From a virus: a stretch of DNA of 64,000 bases. The stretch lies in the IMG/VR virus record IMGVR_UViG_3300034107_000273, positions 43,957 through 107,956 of that record; one strand, written 5' to 3'. A program made the position numbers and the translations under genes. Numbering within the stretch: position 1 is the first letter of the stretch; every line of letters begins with the position of its first letter. The notes beneath the pieces were generated by a model. It was not told the origin of the DNA and searched no databases. It saw only the letters and a list, made by a program, of their open reading frames with translations. Below, piece after piece: positions 29,503 through 39,317 of this stretch.

Positions 29503-30387
29503 GGTTTGTTATCTAAGCACATATATATATGATAGCATACTGGTTTTACTGGGCTATATATAGGGTTTGAAGGCTTATTTGATACTAGATATGGGGTTTG
29601 AAATGAGAAATAAATCTTACTGACATTTTTTAGATATGGTTTGGGTGGAGGAAAGTGGAGGATAGTGGGTTATTGGGCGCTTATACAGATGGCGTCGTAA
29701 TGTCCACGGCTTTAAAACCTCCTATCATAAAACCTTTCCTTTGTCAAACCTTCTCTTTCTGGCATGGAGTATATCATCCAAACCTCTATTTGTCAAACCT
29801 TTATAGCTTAAAAGCCCTATAAAAAACCTATACAAAACCAGCCGAAATGTCCAATAATATAATAGAAAGGTTTGATAATATTTAAAAAGATATCCAAAAC
29901 CAGGAGAAAAGGTTTGTTATTCTATAGGGAGTAAAAGGTATGTGGTTTGTCTTATATCCCCCGTCAAAAACGGGGACGCTAAAGCGTTGATCGTAATGTC
30001 TGATAGGATTATTAGCGCCTTCTGGCACGGGACTTAAAGAGATATAAGAACTATACCTATAGTAACCAATAGAGTAATAAACCCTGTAGCTATAAATATA
30101 AACAAATCATAGTCTGGTTTGATATCATGTGGATCTTCATGAGAGTGGGTATGCTGAGAAAAACCATCATTAATAAAATATGGTCCACCGTGTTTTGAAA
30201 AATGATTTCTACCCATAAAACCATTATAACATGGTTTGACAAGGATGGTTTGATATGATATAAGCTATGAATCTGGAAAAATATTTGAAGCTTCGTAATG
30301 TCCATGAATCTGGAAAAAATTTTGAATGCTCGTAATGTCTGAAAATGGGAAAAATTTGGACATATCGTAATAAGGTTTGAAGGTTTG
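29503..30387. repeat. cluster of 15 GGTTTG hexamers, 4x TCGTAATGTC and a 37-bp tandem repeat
   Basis: counted by eye in largely non-coding DNA; tandem units start at 30267 and 30304. Confidence 0.75.
30034..30216 (-). CDS. small membrane protein
   Basis: leaderless TGTTATAAT-N6-ATG start, C-terminal TM helix. Confidence 0.6.
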   Translation of the reverse strand: MGRNHFSKHGGPYFINDGFSQHTHSHEDPHDIKPDYDLFIFIATGFITLLVTIGIVLISL

Positions 30388-30446
30388 GATCGGGACCCCT
30401 CGGGCACAACGGCAGGCTTTTGTCAAGCCCACCGCTGGCATCACTA

Positions 30447-30659
30447 TTAGAATAGTTTGTATTGGTTGTAGTTATTGTACCGCTCTTGCATTGTGTGTTC
30501 CGCTGAGTCTGCAATAGTAATTAAACGATTGTAGATTACATTTGGTGATGACTCTGCAAGATACTGCCCTATCAAATCAAGGTCTAACCTTAAGTCTGAT
30601 AGAACATTAGATAGTTGGATTGCTACCTTTTCTTCCTTTGTTACCAGTTTTCGTCTCAT
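30447..30659 (-). CDS. hypothetical protein
   Basis: AAGGAG SD, own promoter. Confidence 0.65.
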   Translation of the reverse strand: MRRKLVTKEEKVAIQLSNVLSDLRLDLDLIGQYLAESSPNVIYNRLITIADSAEHTMQERYNNYNQYKLF

Positions 30660-30741
30660 GGTTCTCCTTCATTTCATTGTACCAAAAATAAGGGGGGAGC
30701 GCAACCCACCACAAATCGCACTCCCCCGTTGCAGCGTTTGT

Positions 30742-31110
30742 TTATACCACTGCGTGCTCAGGCAAATATGCTTGGATAAACTTATCCCATTTGACAGGAA
30801 CATTATCAGTTACTGTCTTGTTAACAAAATCAATGACGACTGTCTGGTCTCCTAAATCATAGTTAGTACCATTAATCGCATAGATTCCAAATCCATGCTC
30901 ATCTAAAATATTATGCTGAATGAGATAACTAATTATCATACGTGTGCCATATGAAGCATCATTCCAACGTGGCTTGGCATGCTCTAGCGCTTGTGCAATA
31001 TCAGTCTCCCATCCAGTCTGGCCCCAGTGACTGTATAGAACAACAGATACGGAGGGCTCTCCTACTGCAGGATCTGAATCTTTAAAAACAAAGTTAATTC
31101 TTGCTCCCAT
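30742..31110 (-). CDS. hypothetical phage protein
   Basis: LYSHWG...RWND motif, GAGGAG SD. Confidence 0.7.
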   Translation of the reverse strand: MGARINFVFKDSDPAVGEPSVSVVLYSHWGQTGWETDIAQALEHAKPRWNDASYGTRMIISYLIQHNILDEHGFGIYAINGTNYDLGDQTVVIDFVNKTVTDNVPVKWDKFIQAYLPEHAVV

Positions 31111-31355
31111 TATTCTTGCTCCTCAATCTCTGTAACTTGTAGTGGAAACCAATCGTATGCATAATCTTCAACATCTTCAGTTAATTCAATACGATTAATC
31201 TCAGCAATTGCAGAGGCTTCATCTTCTGACTCAATCTCAAACTCATAGTAAGTTTCTCTAGTGGCAGTTATTTTGTATAGTGGCATTTTCTTCCTTTTCT
31301 GTAGTAGTTACTTCAATTGTACCAAAATCTAGGGGCAGTGTCAATTCTTCCCACA

Positions 31356-32045
31356 TTAATTGCTCCTGTCGTCATAGGCCTTTTGGTGTGCCTCACACAT
31401 GTCACTGCTCCAGCCACAGTGTGGGCATGGATAGTCTGAACAGTCATCACAGTCAATGATTTGGCTATCCTCATAGGTACCGTCACAATCATTGCATTGG
31501 TTGTCATACATTGACTCACTAATTATCTTACCACGCAAGAGTTCACACTCTCCACCCCAGCCAGTCTCTTCTTCGTATGACAAAGTAAATAATAAATCAG
31601 GGTACTGTTCAGAAAGATTAAGTAGAGCAGGCATTGGACGAGACCATGCTGTATTAAAGTTATAGTGAACAACGTGGTTCTCACCATTGACTGTATCTTC
31701 AACGGTAGTATCAGGGTATTCATTATCTGAAGATACCGCTACATCCCACTTAGTACCCCAGTTACGAACATTCCAGTTATACCAATCATCACCCTCAAAG
31801 GTAATTGGTAGTTCTGGTGTATGTACAGGCTGACTGTCATAGGTATCTAGATTAGTAGGCTTAACAATGTTCCAGAATGCAAAGACAGGGTTTGGATACG
31901 TTACCTGTTGTTTTTCCATTTGATGTGTCTCAGTGCTCCAGTTGTCATGAACACGAACGAATGGTTGATTAAGTTGGTCCATCATTTTCTTGACAGACTC
32001 TGGATTGCCTTCTACAGTTAATCCGTTAAATACCCAGTTTGGCAT
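31356..32045 (-). CDS. DUF1281/YubB ferredoxin-like protein
   Basis: MPNW, WYNWNVRNWGTKWD and FNTAWS motifs. Confidence 0.75.
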   Translation of the reverse strand: MPNWVFNGLTVEGNPESVKKMMDQLNQPFVRVHDNWSTETHQMEKQQVTYPNPVFAFWNIVKPTNLDTYDSQPVHTPELPITFEGDDWYNWNVRNWGTKWDVAVSSDNEYPDTTVEDTVNGENHVVHYNFNTAWSRPMPALLNLSEQYPDLLFTLSYEEETGWGGECELLRGKIISESMYDNQCNDCDGTYEDSQIIDCDDCSDYPCPHCGWSSDMCEAHQKAYDDRSN

Positions 32046-32277
32046 GGTGGTTCTCCTTTATTTGTTGGCGGTCTATACTTAAATTATACGTCAAGCAGTA
32101 TAGGTCTGTCAAGCAGTCTTTGTACCCCTCTGCCCACTGTTTATCTTCAAACTCTTTATCTTGCATTTCATTCATCATATTCTTTAACTCGCCGTGCAGG
32201 ATATCAATTAGAGGAATGCTAAGATCTTCCATAGCACGTTCTAAGTGCTTGGGTAGGAATGGATACTTATCACTCAT
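32026..32277 (-). CDS. hypothetical protein
   Basis: ORF in operon. Confidence 0.6.
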   Translation of the reverse strand: MSDKYPFLPKHLERAMEDLSIPLIDILHGELKNMMNEMQDKEFEDKQWAEGYKDCLTDLYCLTYNLSIDRQQIKENHHAKLGI

Positions 32278-32449
32278 TAATTAACTCCAATACATAGTCG
32301 TATGCGTCAAGGGCACCCATATAGAAATCATCTGACTCCCAATGGTATCCCTCTCCAGGGTCAGCACCTTCTTGTGCTTCTTCCATGTCTTGCTCAACGC
32401 TGATTCTGTGAATTTTTAAGTACTCTCTTAATGTGTTTATGTCCATATA

Positions 32450-32665
32450 TTAATTATAAGGGTTGCTGTTGATTTTGACAAGTTTTGGTGGTGTGATGTT
32501 AGTCACAGGCTCCAGGGTAGGTCCCTTAGCATCTGACTCTTCTAATAGGATAACTATACCCTCACCGTCACAGATGCAGGAAGGCTCTCTAACAAGATCT
32601 GAACAGGCAGTGATTTCAATCAGGGCATCGCAATCAATGCATAGATAATCATACTTAGTCCACAT
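32450..32665 (-). CDS. small Zn-ribbon protein
   Basis: YDYLCIDC...CIC motif. Confidence 0.6.
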   Translation of the reverse strand: MWTKYDYLCIDCDALIEITACSDLVREPSCICDGEGIVILLEESDAKGPTLEPVTNITPPKLVKINSNPYN

Positions 32666-32973
32666 AATCAGTCCTTACATATATCGCATAGGGATTCAAT
32701 ACAACAAATAGATTCAACTGAGCACCAATCGCACCAGTCTTTATTAAGATTACAATTCATTAGTCAAAGTACCCTTCTGCCCATAAGCCCTGGAGGAAAG
32801 AATAGGTTTTAGCCAAACCTTCTCGTAATTGTTCATTAGATGAACTATCATGAGCAAGCCCTACAAAATGGCTCATCTCATCTAAATCTGTTTTAGTATA
32901 ACCTAACATTATTCCTCACATTCACATTTATAGTTTGGGTTTTGGACGGGTATTCTACAAAAAGGATGACATT

Positions 32974-33186
32974 TCATAGTAGGAAATCATCTCCCTCTAT
33001 GTATCCATAGTATTCGTTATACTGTTGTTTTAGTTCAGGTGAGGCATATTGCATAAACATATTTTCTGCATAGTCTTCCCCTTGTTCTAAGTTGTTATTA
33101 GACCATTGGTCAAACAACTCTTCTGCAATTTCCTGTATCATTGCTCCTGTGATGTGTTCTGCTAGTGTGTCTATGAATTGTTCCAT
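32974..33186 (-). CDS. hypothetical acidic protein
   Basis: AGGAG SD followed by ATG. Confidence 0.6.
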   Translation of the reverse strand: MEQFIDTLAEHITGAMIQEIAEELFDQWSNNNLEQGEDYAENMFMQYASPELKQQYNEYYGYIEGDDFLL

Positions 33187-33307
33187 TTTTTCTCCTATGG
33201 TAGTTATGATATTAATTTTACAGGAAAACTGGGAAAAAAGCAACTCCTACGTAATAAAGTTTTTAATGAATGTTTATATTATGTAAAGTGCCCCCGAGCC
33301 GTTTTCC

Positions 33308-33384
33308 TGGCGATCCGTACGAGACTTGAACTCGTGACCTCTACCGTGACAGGGTAGCGCTCTAACCAACTGAGCTAACGGACC
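33308..33384 (-). tRNA. tRNA-Asp(GTC)
   Basis: cloverleaf, loop CTGTCAC, encoded CCA. Confidence 0.93.
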
Positions 33385-33392
33385 AATAAGGT

Positions 33393-33420
33393 GAGCAGTT
33401 TTAAATCTTGCTCAGGATTT
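33393..33420 (-). ncRNA. 3'-UTR pseudoknot element, copy 2
   Basis: AAATC-CT-GAGCA-A-GATTT-AAAAC-TGCTC. Confidence 0.75.
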
Positions 33421-33427
33421 TTTTTAG

Positions 33428-34444
33428 TTATGCAATCTGCATTACGTTTTGCACAACTTTTAGCAAACGATTTTTTTCTGCGTTAATTGCAGGGTCAAAA
33501 CCACTTGCACTAGCAAGAATACTTTCGTTATTCCCACCACGTGCAGAACGATACCAGTCAAGGCGTTCTGTTAGTGCATTGAAAGCACCCCATGCGTTAC
33601 CAGCAATCATGCCGTTAAACTCGCCTGTATAAATGTCGTTAATAACATCTACCTTGTTTTCCCATTTCTTGAAAGCACCCTTTGAGTCCTTTTCAGGCTT
33701 AGGGTATGCAGAAAGGATAATGTCATTGAAAGACTTAGCATTGACTTCTTTTTCAATCATTGCCTTAGCCATGATGTCAAATTCATCCATGTAAGCATTA
33801 GCAAGACCAAGAGTCTGTCGTGCAATAGCAACCTTACCGCTTGCTGTCTGTGTGTGACGTATCTTGAAAGATTGCTTGATACCATTCTTACGCTTTTTCT
33901 GATTAAGTGCAAGATTGAGAGTGTTAGCGCACACAACACGAACAGGTGTAATGCTTGCTTGAATAGCGATAGAGCCGTCATGTGATGTGTTGATAAGTAA
34001 ATAAGTCTTTACCTTATCTGCAACACCGCTAGGGTCTAGAACAGTTTCACGCTCTAGTGCTAGTGCGCCAAATACTACACGACCGCCCTTGATTGAGCCA
34101 GCAGTTTCCCAACGACCTCCGCCGTCTAGAATGTTATCACCAAATGAGAACAAGTCCTCATTCTGCATAACGTGGTAACGCTCACCAACGACACCAAGAA
34201 TGTCTGTCTGAGAGTTGTCAGTAGGATTGGTACGCAATACATACTGATAGTTTTTATCGCTTGTTAAGTGTGATGGAGTTTGCAAATCCTCTAGACGAAC
34301 ATTCCACCCATTGAGGTTAGCAAGAGCCAACATCTCTGATGTGTTTTTTTCCTCTGTAAAGACTGTACCCAATCCATGCCATGCAGGCTCTCTAAATGAA
34401 GCAAAAGAGGTCTTGCCGTTTTGTATTTCTAGGTCATGTGCCAT
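33428..34444 (-). CDS. DUF932 / phage-plasmid TIGR03299-like protein
   Basis: PAWHGLG, ETAGSIKGG, NTSHDGS, TPVRVVCANTL and RHT motifs. Confidence 0.85.
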   Translation of the reverse strand: MAHDLEIQNGKTSFASFREPAWHGLGTVFTEEKNTSEMLALANLNGWNVRLEDLQTPSHLTSDKNYQYVLRTNPTDNSQTDILGVVGERYHVMQNEDLFSFGDNILDGGGRWETAGSIKGGRVVFGALALERETVLDPSGVADKVKTYLLINTSHDGSIAIQASITPVRVVCANTLNLALNQKKRKNGIKQSFKIRHTQTASGKVAIARQTLGLANAYMDEFDIMAKAMIEKEVNAKSFNDIILSAYPKPEKDSKGAFKKWENKVDVINDIYTGEFNGMIAGNAWGAFNALTERLDWYRSARGGNNESILASASGFDPAINAEKNRLLKVVQNVMQIA

Positions 34445-34627
34445 GAGTTTATTTTCCTTTTCTTTTTGTAGTTATTTTAAGTATAGCAGGATAGGCTGAC
34501 AAATGCAAAGCGGGATAGTTAAAAATGGGAAAAAATGGGGATTATTTTAATGTGTCGTAAATCACAGTGTGAGCTTGATCACGCCCCCCGAGCCGCTTTT
34601 TTATGCAACGGCATAAATAAAAATAAG

Positions 34628-34654
34628 GAGCAGTTTTAAAACATGCTCAGGTTT
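34628..34654 (-). ncRNA. 3'-UTR pseudoknot element, copy 3
   Basis: AAAC-CT-GAGCA-T-GTTT-TAAAAC-TGCTC. Confidence 0.75.
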
Positions 34655-34669
34655 ATTAGTAGCCCCCTA

Positions 34670-35101
34670 CTAAATACTTACTCTCTCAATGGAAGAGGAT
34701 AGGTATTGAACTGAGTCTGAACTATAATCAACAGTATCAAAATCAATTTCATGAATTAAGTTTTGTGCCTCTTCTTCATTACGTGCATTAACTGTAATTG
34801 AATACTGAACTTCAACTTCTAGTTCAAATTCTTTTGTTAATTCAAAACCGCAAATGTCTGCAATTTCTTGTGCTTCTGACTCATTAAGCGTACCTGCTTC
34901 AATGGCTTCAAAGGTCCATTCTTGCATTGCTTCTACCATACGATTATGCTCTGCTGCTAAGCCGTATGAACGTTGTGTTACTACGCTGATGTGCTTTTCT
35001 AGTTCATCTATGCGTGTTTTGTTTGATGCTAACTGTGACTCAAGGAATTCTCTTGTCAAGTACATTGGCTTTTCTGTTGTTTCTGTGATTGGTTGGTCCA
35101 T
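34670..35101 (-). CDS. hypothetical protein
   Basis: 143 aa, own promoter and SD. Confidence 0.7.
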   Translation of the reverse strand: MDQPITETTEKPMYLTREFLESQLASNKTRIDELEKHISVVTQRSYGLAAEHNRMVEAMQEWTFEAIEAGTLNESEAQEIADICGFELTKEFELEVEVQYSITVNARNEEEAQNLIHEIDFDTVDYSSDSVQYLSSSIERVSI

Positions 35102-35165
35102 AAGGGCTACCTCTTTCTGTTAGTTGTTTAGTTTAATTGTACTGCAGGGCACTGACAAATGTCAA

Positions 35166-35663
35166 TTACCAAGATGATGCATAAGAAAATGACAACTTAT
35201 CAATTTCTGGTAGGGCAAATAGGCGTTCTAATTGACGGATAGTATTCTTGATATCATTCCAATACCATTCATCAATATCTGTACCACCAAAGAAAAATCC
35301 TGCTTGTGGTGGAAATAGGCTAGGGTCTTTAGTTTCTAGCGCATGCTTACACAGTGCAAGCAATTCTATTAGTTTATCTTGTGAGACATAGTAGTCTCCA
35401 CAGTCATCAATACCATTCTGAACATTCTTGACAAACCAAGCATGTATCTGATTAGCCTTGCGCCAATAAGCACAGGTAACTTCTACACTTGCTCCATAGA
35501 TATCTGTTGCAACATCTGTGAGTTGTGTCAATGCCATTAGGTCATTGAACTTAGGATATACGGCTTCAGGTGATGAATAAGATAATTCATCATTTGCTTG
35601 GAGCGCTTTCCAATTAATTTTTTCTAAATGCTTCTTAGCACTAAGGTACATGTCTAATCCCAT
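35166..35663 (-). CDS. conserved hypothetical phage protein
   Basis: MGLDMYL...YWRKANQIHAWF...GFFFG...YASSW. Confidence 0.75.
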   Translation of the reverse strand: MGLDMYLSAKKHLEKINWKALQANDELSYSSPEAVYPKFNDLMALTQLTDVATDIYGASVEVTCAYWRKANQIHAWFVKNVQNGIDDCGDYYVSQDKLIELLALCKHALETKDPSLFPPQAGFFFGGTDIDEWYWNDIKNTIRQLERLFALPEIDKLSFSYASSW

Positions 35664-35806
35664 GGGGGCTTCCTTCTTTCTGTTGTTCTGATATTAATAT
35701 AATTCTAGCAGGTTGGACTGACAAATGCCAATCGTAAATCCTGGGATCTTAAATAGTGGTACGTAAAGGGTGTGATTAAATTCACATGAGCTCGGGGGCA
35801 AAAAGT

Positions 35807-35833
35807 GAACAGTTTTAATTCATGTTCAGGAAT
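35807..35833 (-). ncRNA. pseudoknot element, copy 4
   Basis: ATTC-CT-GAACA-T-GAAT-TAAAAC-TGTTC (compensatory change in stem 2). Confidence 0.75.
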
Positions 35834-35869
35834 GCACCGCCTCGCTATAGCACTGGCAGTAACTTTGTT

Positions 35870-35896
35870 GAGCAGTTTTGCAACCTACTCAGGTTG
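35870..35896 (-). ncRNA. pseudoknot element, copy 5
   Basis: CAAC-CT-GAGTA-G-GTTG-CAAAAC-TGCTC. Confidence 0.75.
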
Positions 35897-35931
35897 TTTG
35901 GGTTCAGGACTTTAATTGCCTCCCAAATTAT

Positions 35932-36354
35932 TTAGAGATAACGAGCAACCGCATTGTAAGTGCTTGTGCTAACTACTTCCTCATCTGTCATCTTTAGGAT
36001 ACGAATAGCATTAGAGATTTCCTCTTTCTGCTCACGATAGTTATAAACAGAGATTGACTCAAAATCCCTCTCAGGCTCTTTAGGTAAATCCTTGTCTGAT
36101 ACTGTTAGGTCGTAGTCAATGTTGAGAGTGTTGTTCCAGTTGCGATAGTTAGTGCGAAAGTTTTCAGCCTTCTTGATGTTAGCAACCGCATAGTCGCTAA
36201 TCTCTTTCTGCCAAGCCTTACGCAACTTTTCATACTTTGCTTCGTTTGCTTCTTGTGATGCGTAGTCTGCTTCTAGTTTAGCAAGTGCTACTTCTAGTGC
36301 CTTGATTACCTTTGGTGTTGCTATCTTTACTGAGATTGCTTTTTGACGTGCCAT
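35932..36354 (-). CDS. hypothetical protein
   Basis: 140-aa helical ORF with own promoter. Confidence 0.7.
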   Translation of the reverse strand: MARQKAISVKIATPKVIKALEVALAKLEADYASQEANEAKYEKLRKAWQKEISDYAVANIKKAENFRTNYRNWNNTLNIDYDLTVSDKDLPKEPERDFESISVYNYREQKEEISNAIRILKMTDEEVVSTSTYNAVARYL

Positions 36355-36419
36355 GTGTTTTTCTCTTTTCTTTGGTGGGTTATTTATAGTATAGGGGTTG
36401 GGTGTGACATTTTTAGTGT

Positions 36420-36446
36420 GAGCAGTTTTAATTCATACTCAGGAAT
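36420..36446 (-). ncRNA. pseudoknot element, copy 6
   Basis: ATTC-CT-GAGTA-T-GAAT-TAAAAC-TGCTC. Confidence 0.75.
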
Positions 36447-36460
36447 AAGCAATTAACTAG

Positions 36461-36628
36461 TTACGCTTGGGCTTTCCATGTTGTCCAGCGTGTGTTGCCA
36501 TTAACGTCTAACTTAACACGAACTGTATCCTTTGATGTTGGTGCGATTTCAAGGATTGTTCCTGTTACCTTTGACTTTTGTGATGTGTAGAGGTCGCCTA
36601 CCTTGTATGTGTTTGTTGCTACTGTCAT
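36461..36628 (-). CDS. small SH3-like beta protein
   Basis: YKVGD...GTILEI pattern, AAGGAG SD. Confidence 0.6.
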   Translation of the reverse strand: MTVATNTYKVGDLYTSQKSKVTGTILEIAPTSKDTVRVKLDVNGNTRWTTWKAQA

Positions 36629-36815
36629 TTTATTTCTCCTTTTTAGTTTGTTGTATGTATTAAGTATAACATTTCCCACTGACATTTTTCAACTCCATTT
36701 CTGTTATTTCTCACTATTTGAGACGCTTGCGGGTGTGATGTAGGTCACTATTGGTAAATCAGGAACACTAATAGGGCTATTATGAATAGCGGAATTATGC
36801 TTTCCATTTATCTCC

Positions 36816-37538
36816 TTACTTTTTACTTGATGAGAATACAACGTCACTCTTTGAGTATACACAAAGTGAGCAAGAAACGCAAGCGGAGCCTTGTTGAGAG
36901 ATTAGGGGAATGGCTTTTTTATTCTCAGGACACTTTGCCCCTACCTTGCCAATCATCTCTTTCATGTCTGCTTGTCCTACTTGAAAGTTTTTTGCGAGGT
37001 ATGCAAGACGAATACCATGATCTGTTTTAAGACCAATACCTATAGCCTTGTTTTCGCTATCTGTAGAATAGTATAAAGATAGATTAGGAATATCTTTAAG
37101 CATTACCGCTGCACTCTTCACTCTTGTATAAACCCAGAATTGAATTTCAGGATTATTAAGGATGACATGCTTCCATGCGAATGTATAAGTATCATTAAAG
37201 AAGTCGCCGTCCCAATGAATACGGAATAGCATAGGGGCTTCACGCTTTACACAATCAGCCTTGAAGTCTGCAATCATCTCTTCAAGCAATGCTTCAATAG
37301 TATCATGATCAGCGTCTTTAACTAATTCCCAATTATGTAATAGGTTTTTCTTTACTGTTGGGAATACCTTTTCCAATTTGCCTGCATAGCAAACACTCTC
37401 GCAGACACTCGTTGCGCCAGGACATGAATAGTTTTTTCCTGCAGGTAGTCCAAAGGTGTTGGCGATACTTGCTTGTTTTCCATTAGGGGTGACGGCATTA
37501 GCGACCTTTCTGTCTTTGCTTCTGAGTAGTTTAGTCAT
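36816..37538 (-). CDS. Gp88-like Cys-motif (radical-SAM-related) phage protein
   Basis: CPGATSVCESVCYA, FRIHWDGDF and WVYTR motifs, C-terminal CxxCxxC. Confidence 0.7.
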   Translation of the reverse strand: MTKLLRSKDRKVANAVTPNGKQASIANTFGLPAGKNYSCPGATSVCESVCYAGKLEKVFPTVKKNLLHNWELVKDADHDTIEALLEEMIADFKADCVKREAPMLFRIHWDGDFFNDTYTFAWKHVILNNPEIQFWVYTRVKSAAVMLKDIPNLSLYYSTDSENKAIGIGLKTDHGIRLAYLAKNFQVGQADMKEMIGKVGAKCPENKKAIPLISQQGSACVSCSLCVYSKSDVVFSSSKK

Positions 37539-37767
37539 GGTGGGTTACTCGCTTTCTTTCTTTAATTTTAGCATTTGGGACTGACATTTTTTTCTATTGT
37601 ATTTCTTTTTATTTGGAACAGCTGAGGCTGCATTAGAACGGCGAAGTTCCATTAACCTTCTTAATTCCTCAGAATTTTTCTTCATAACTTAATCTTATCA
37701 GAAATGGGAAAAAATATCAAATCTCTTAAATGTGATCAATCTCACAGGGCCCCCTCGGGCCGTTTTT

Positions 37768-38001
37768 TCAATCTAAATAAACGTACCAATCAACTTCATC
37801 ATCAAATGCAAACTGAACAATTTCTGATTCACCAAAATCATTTGTTATTTGAATGTCATAGTTATCTCCTGTTGAATCACTTTCAATAAAAGTAATTTCA
37901 ACAATCTCATCACCATAACCAATTAGATCCCCAATCTGTAGTGCATCTACAGTTAGCGAATCTGCTTTGACTAGTTCCATGTCAATCATTGTAGCACTCA
38001 T
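37768..38001 (-). CDS. hypothetical acidic protein
   Basis: LQIGD beta-rich ORF. Confidence 0.6.
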   Translation of the reverse strand: MSATMIDMELVKADSLTVDALQIGDLIGYGDEIVEITFIESDSTGDNYDIQITNDFGESEIVQFAFDDEVDWYVYLD

Positions 38002-38142
38002 TTAGATAAACTCCGCTAAATCTCTATCCATTATTTCATTCATGTCCACTCCTTGAGTTTCTGCTATGGCTTCCCATAGGTCTGATTCTGTATAGTTTCC
38101 ATCAGGATACCATTCTGCTAAAAGTGAGTATAAGTCTGTCAT

Positions 38143-38466
38143 TTATTCTAATCCCAATCCTAATTCATAGCCTGCATCTTCTTCCCAATAGTCTGCCTCA
38201 TCTTGTGGCAACCATGGGTCTAAGTGGTGTTGTTCAATAATTGCAAACGCTGGAGCGTGGCTCATTCCCTTATAGAATACTCCGTCTGGCATCGCAATCT
38301 GGCGCATGGCATCATTTTCATGGTATGCGTCAATAGCATCTATGCAAGGCTGAACCATGCTTAGTGGTACTGGTGGATAGTGATTACCTTGTAAGTGATA
38401 ACCAATAGCCTGTTCAAGTGTTATGTCTAGGTTTTCTGCTAAGTCCATCGCTGTATTGTATCCCAT
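38143..38466 (-). CDS. hypothetical protein
   Basis: HLQGNHYPPVP...HHLDPW motif. Confidence 0.7.
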   Translation of the reverse strand: MGYNTAMDLAENLDITLEQAIGYHLQGNHYPPVPLSMVQPCIDAIDAYHENDAMRQIAMPDGVFYKGMSHAPAFAIIEQHHLDPWLPQDEADYWEEDAGYELGLGLE

Positions 38467-38684
38467 TATCGTGTTACCACCATTCCTGTTTTGTAGAAAG
38501 TTTTTGTGTGCATTTTGCCTGAAGGTTCAGACAAGTTAATTGTTGAGTATTCATTAGCAAGTCCATGGTCAATAAACTTTTGATAAACTTCAACGGCAGA
38601 TAGGCAATCGCTATAACGACCAACCCAAGTAGTAGTAGGGTCTGAGTCATAGGTACAAGTGACTGAGTATAGGTATTCGTTCAT
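38466..38684 (-). CDS. hypothetical protein
   Basis: coupled ORF. Confidence 0.6.
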   Translation of the reverse strand: MNEYLYSVTCTYDSDPTTTWVGRYSDCLSAVEVYQKFIDHGLANEYSTINLSEPSGKMHTKTFYKTGMVVTR

Positions 38685-38875
38685 TAGTTATTCTCCTTAT
38701 AGTTTTCGTTCATTATACTTTCAGCATACCATGCACAGTATTCATTTTCAAGCGACACGCCCTTGTTGCAATCGCAAAATTCTGAGTCGTATTCCTCGCC
38801 ACCATTACCAAAAAAGAGGACACCCTCATCATGGCAATCAACGCAATCAACCAAAAAGTCTAGTAAGTTTCCCAT
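38684..38875 (-). CDS. small Cys-rich protein
   Basis: CxxC...CxC motif. Confidence 0.6.
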   Translation of the reverse strand: MGNLLDFLVDCVDCHDEGVLFFGNGGEEYDSEFCDCNKGVSLENEYCAWYAESIMNENYKENN

Positions 38876-38879
38876 TTAT

Positions 38880-39089
38880 TTATTCTCCAATCTTTACGGC
38901 TACTGTAGCCCAAAAGTCTTTTATGCCACGTGTTGGCGATACCTGAATTGCATACGCCTCAAAGTCTGAGCCGTACCAAACTGAGTCACGCTTTTCAGCA
39001 TGAACAACAACACCCTCATCATGGCGAGAGTGTGAGCGATAGTATTTTCCTACTAGTAGGCTTTCTATTGTATAAGGTTTTGCTGACAT
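38880..39089 (-). CDS. hypothetical protein
   Basis: SD and promoter upstream. Confidence 0.6.
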   Translation of the reverse strand: MSAKPYTIESLLVGKYYRSHSRHDEGVVVHAEKRDSVWYGSDFEAYAIQVSPTRGIKDFWATVAVKIGE

Positions 39090-39284
39090 TAGCAACCTGC
39101 TTTCTTTTTGTTTATTTAACTTATTACTCTGTAATCCTATCATGCGAGGCAGACAAAAAACTAATTACTAGCGAGTAATCTTAAATAGTGAGACGCTCAG
39201 AAAATGTGAGAAAAATCACAACCACGTAAAGTTATCCACAAGAGCCTGTGGAAAACCCCCCGAGCTTTTTTATTTGAAAAGATC

Positions 39285-39311
39285 AAGCAGTTTTAAAACT
39301 TGCTTAGGTTT
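39285..39311 (-). ncRNA. pseudoknot element, copy 7
   Basis: AAAC-CT-AAGCA-A-GTTT-TAAAAC-TGCTT (compensatory change in stem 2). Confidence 0.75.
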
Positions 39312-39317
39312 TTTATT

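Noticed and set aside
30090-30514. ORFs 30090-30407 and 30224-30514
   Set aside because: They run through the tandem-repeat block, overlap better-supported genes and lack initiation signals
33393-39311. Pseudoknot repeats as a CRISPR array or preQ1-I riboswitches
   Set aside because: Copies are dispersed with whole genes between them, sit 3' of genes rather than 5', and lack the preQ1 loop consensus
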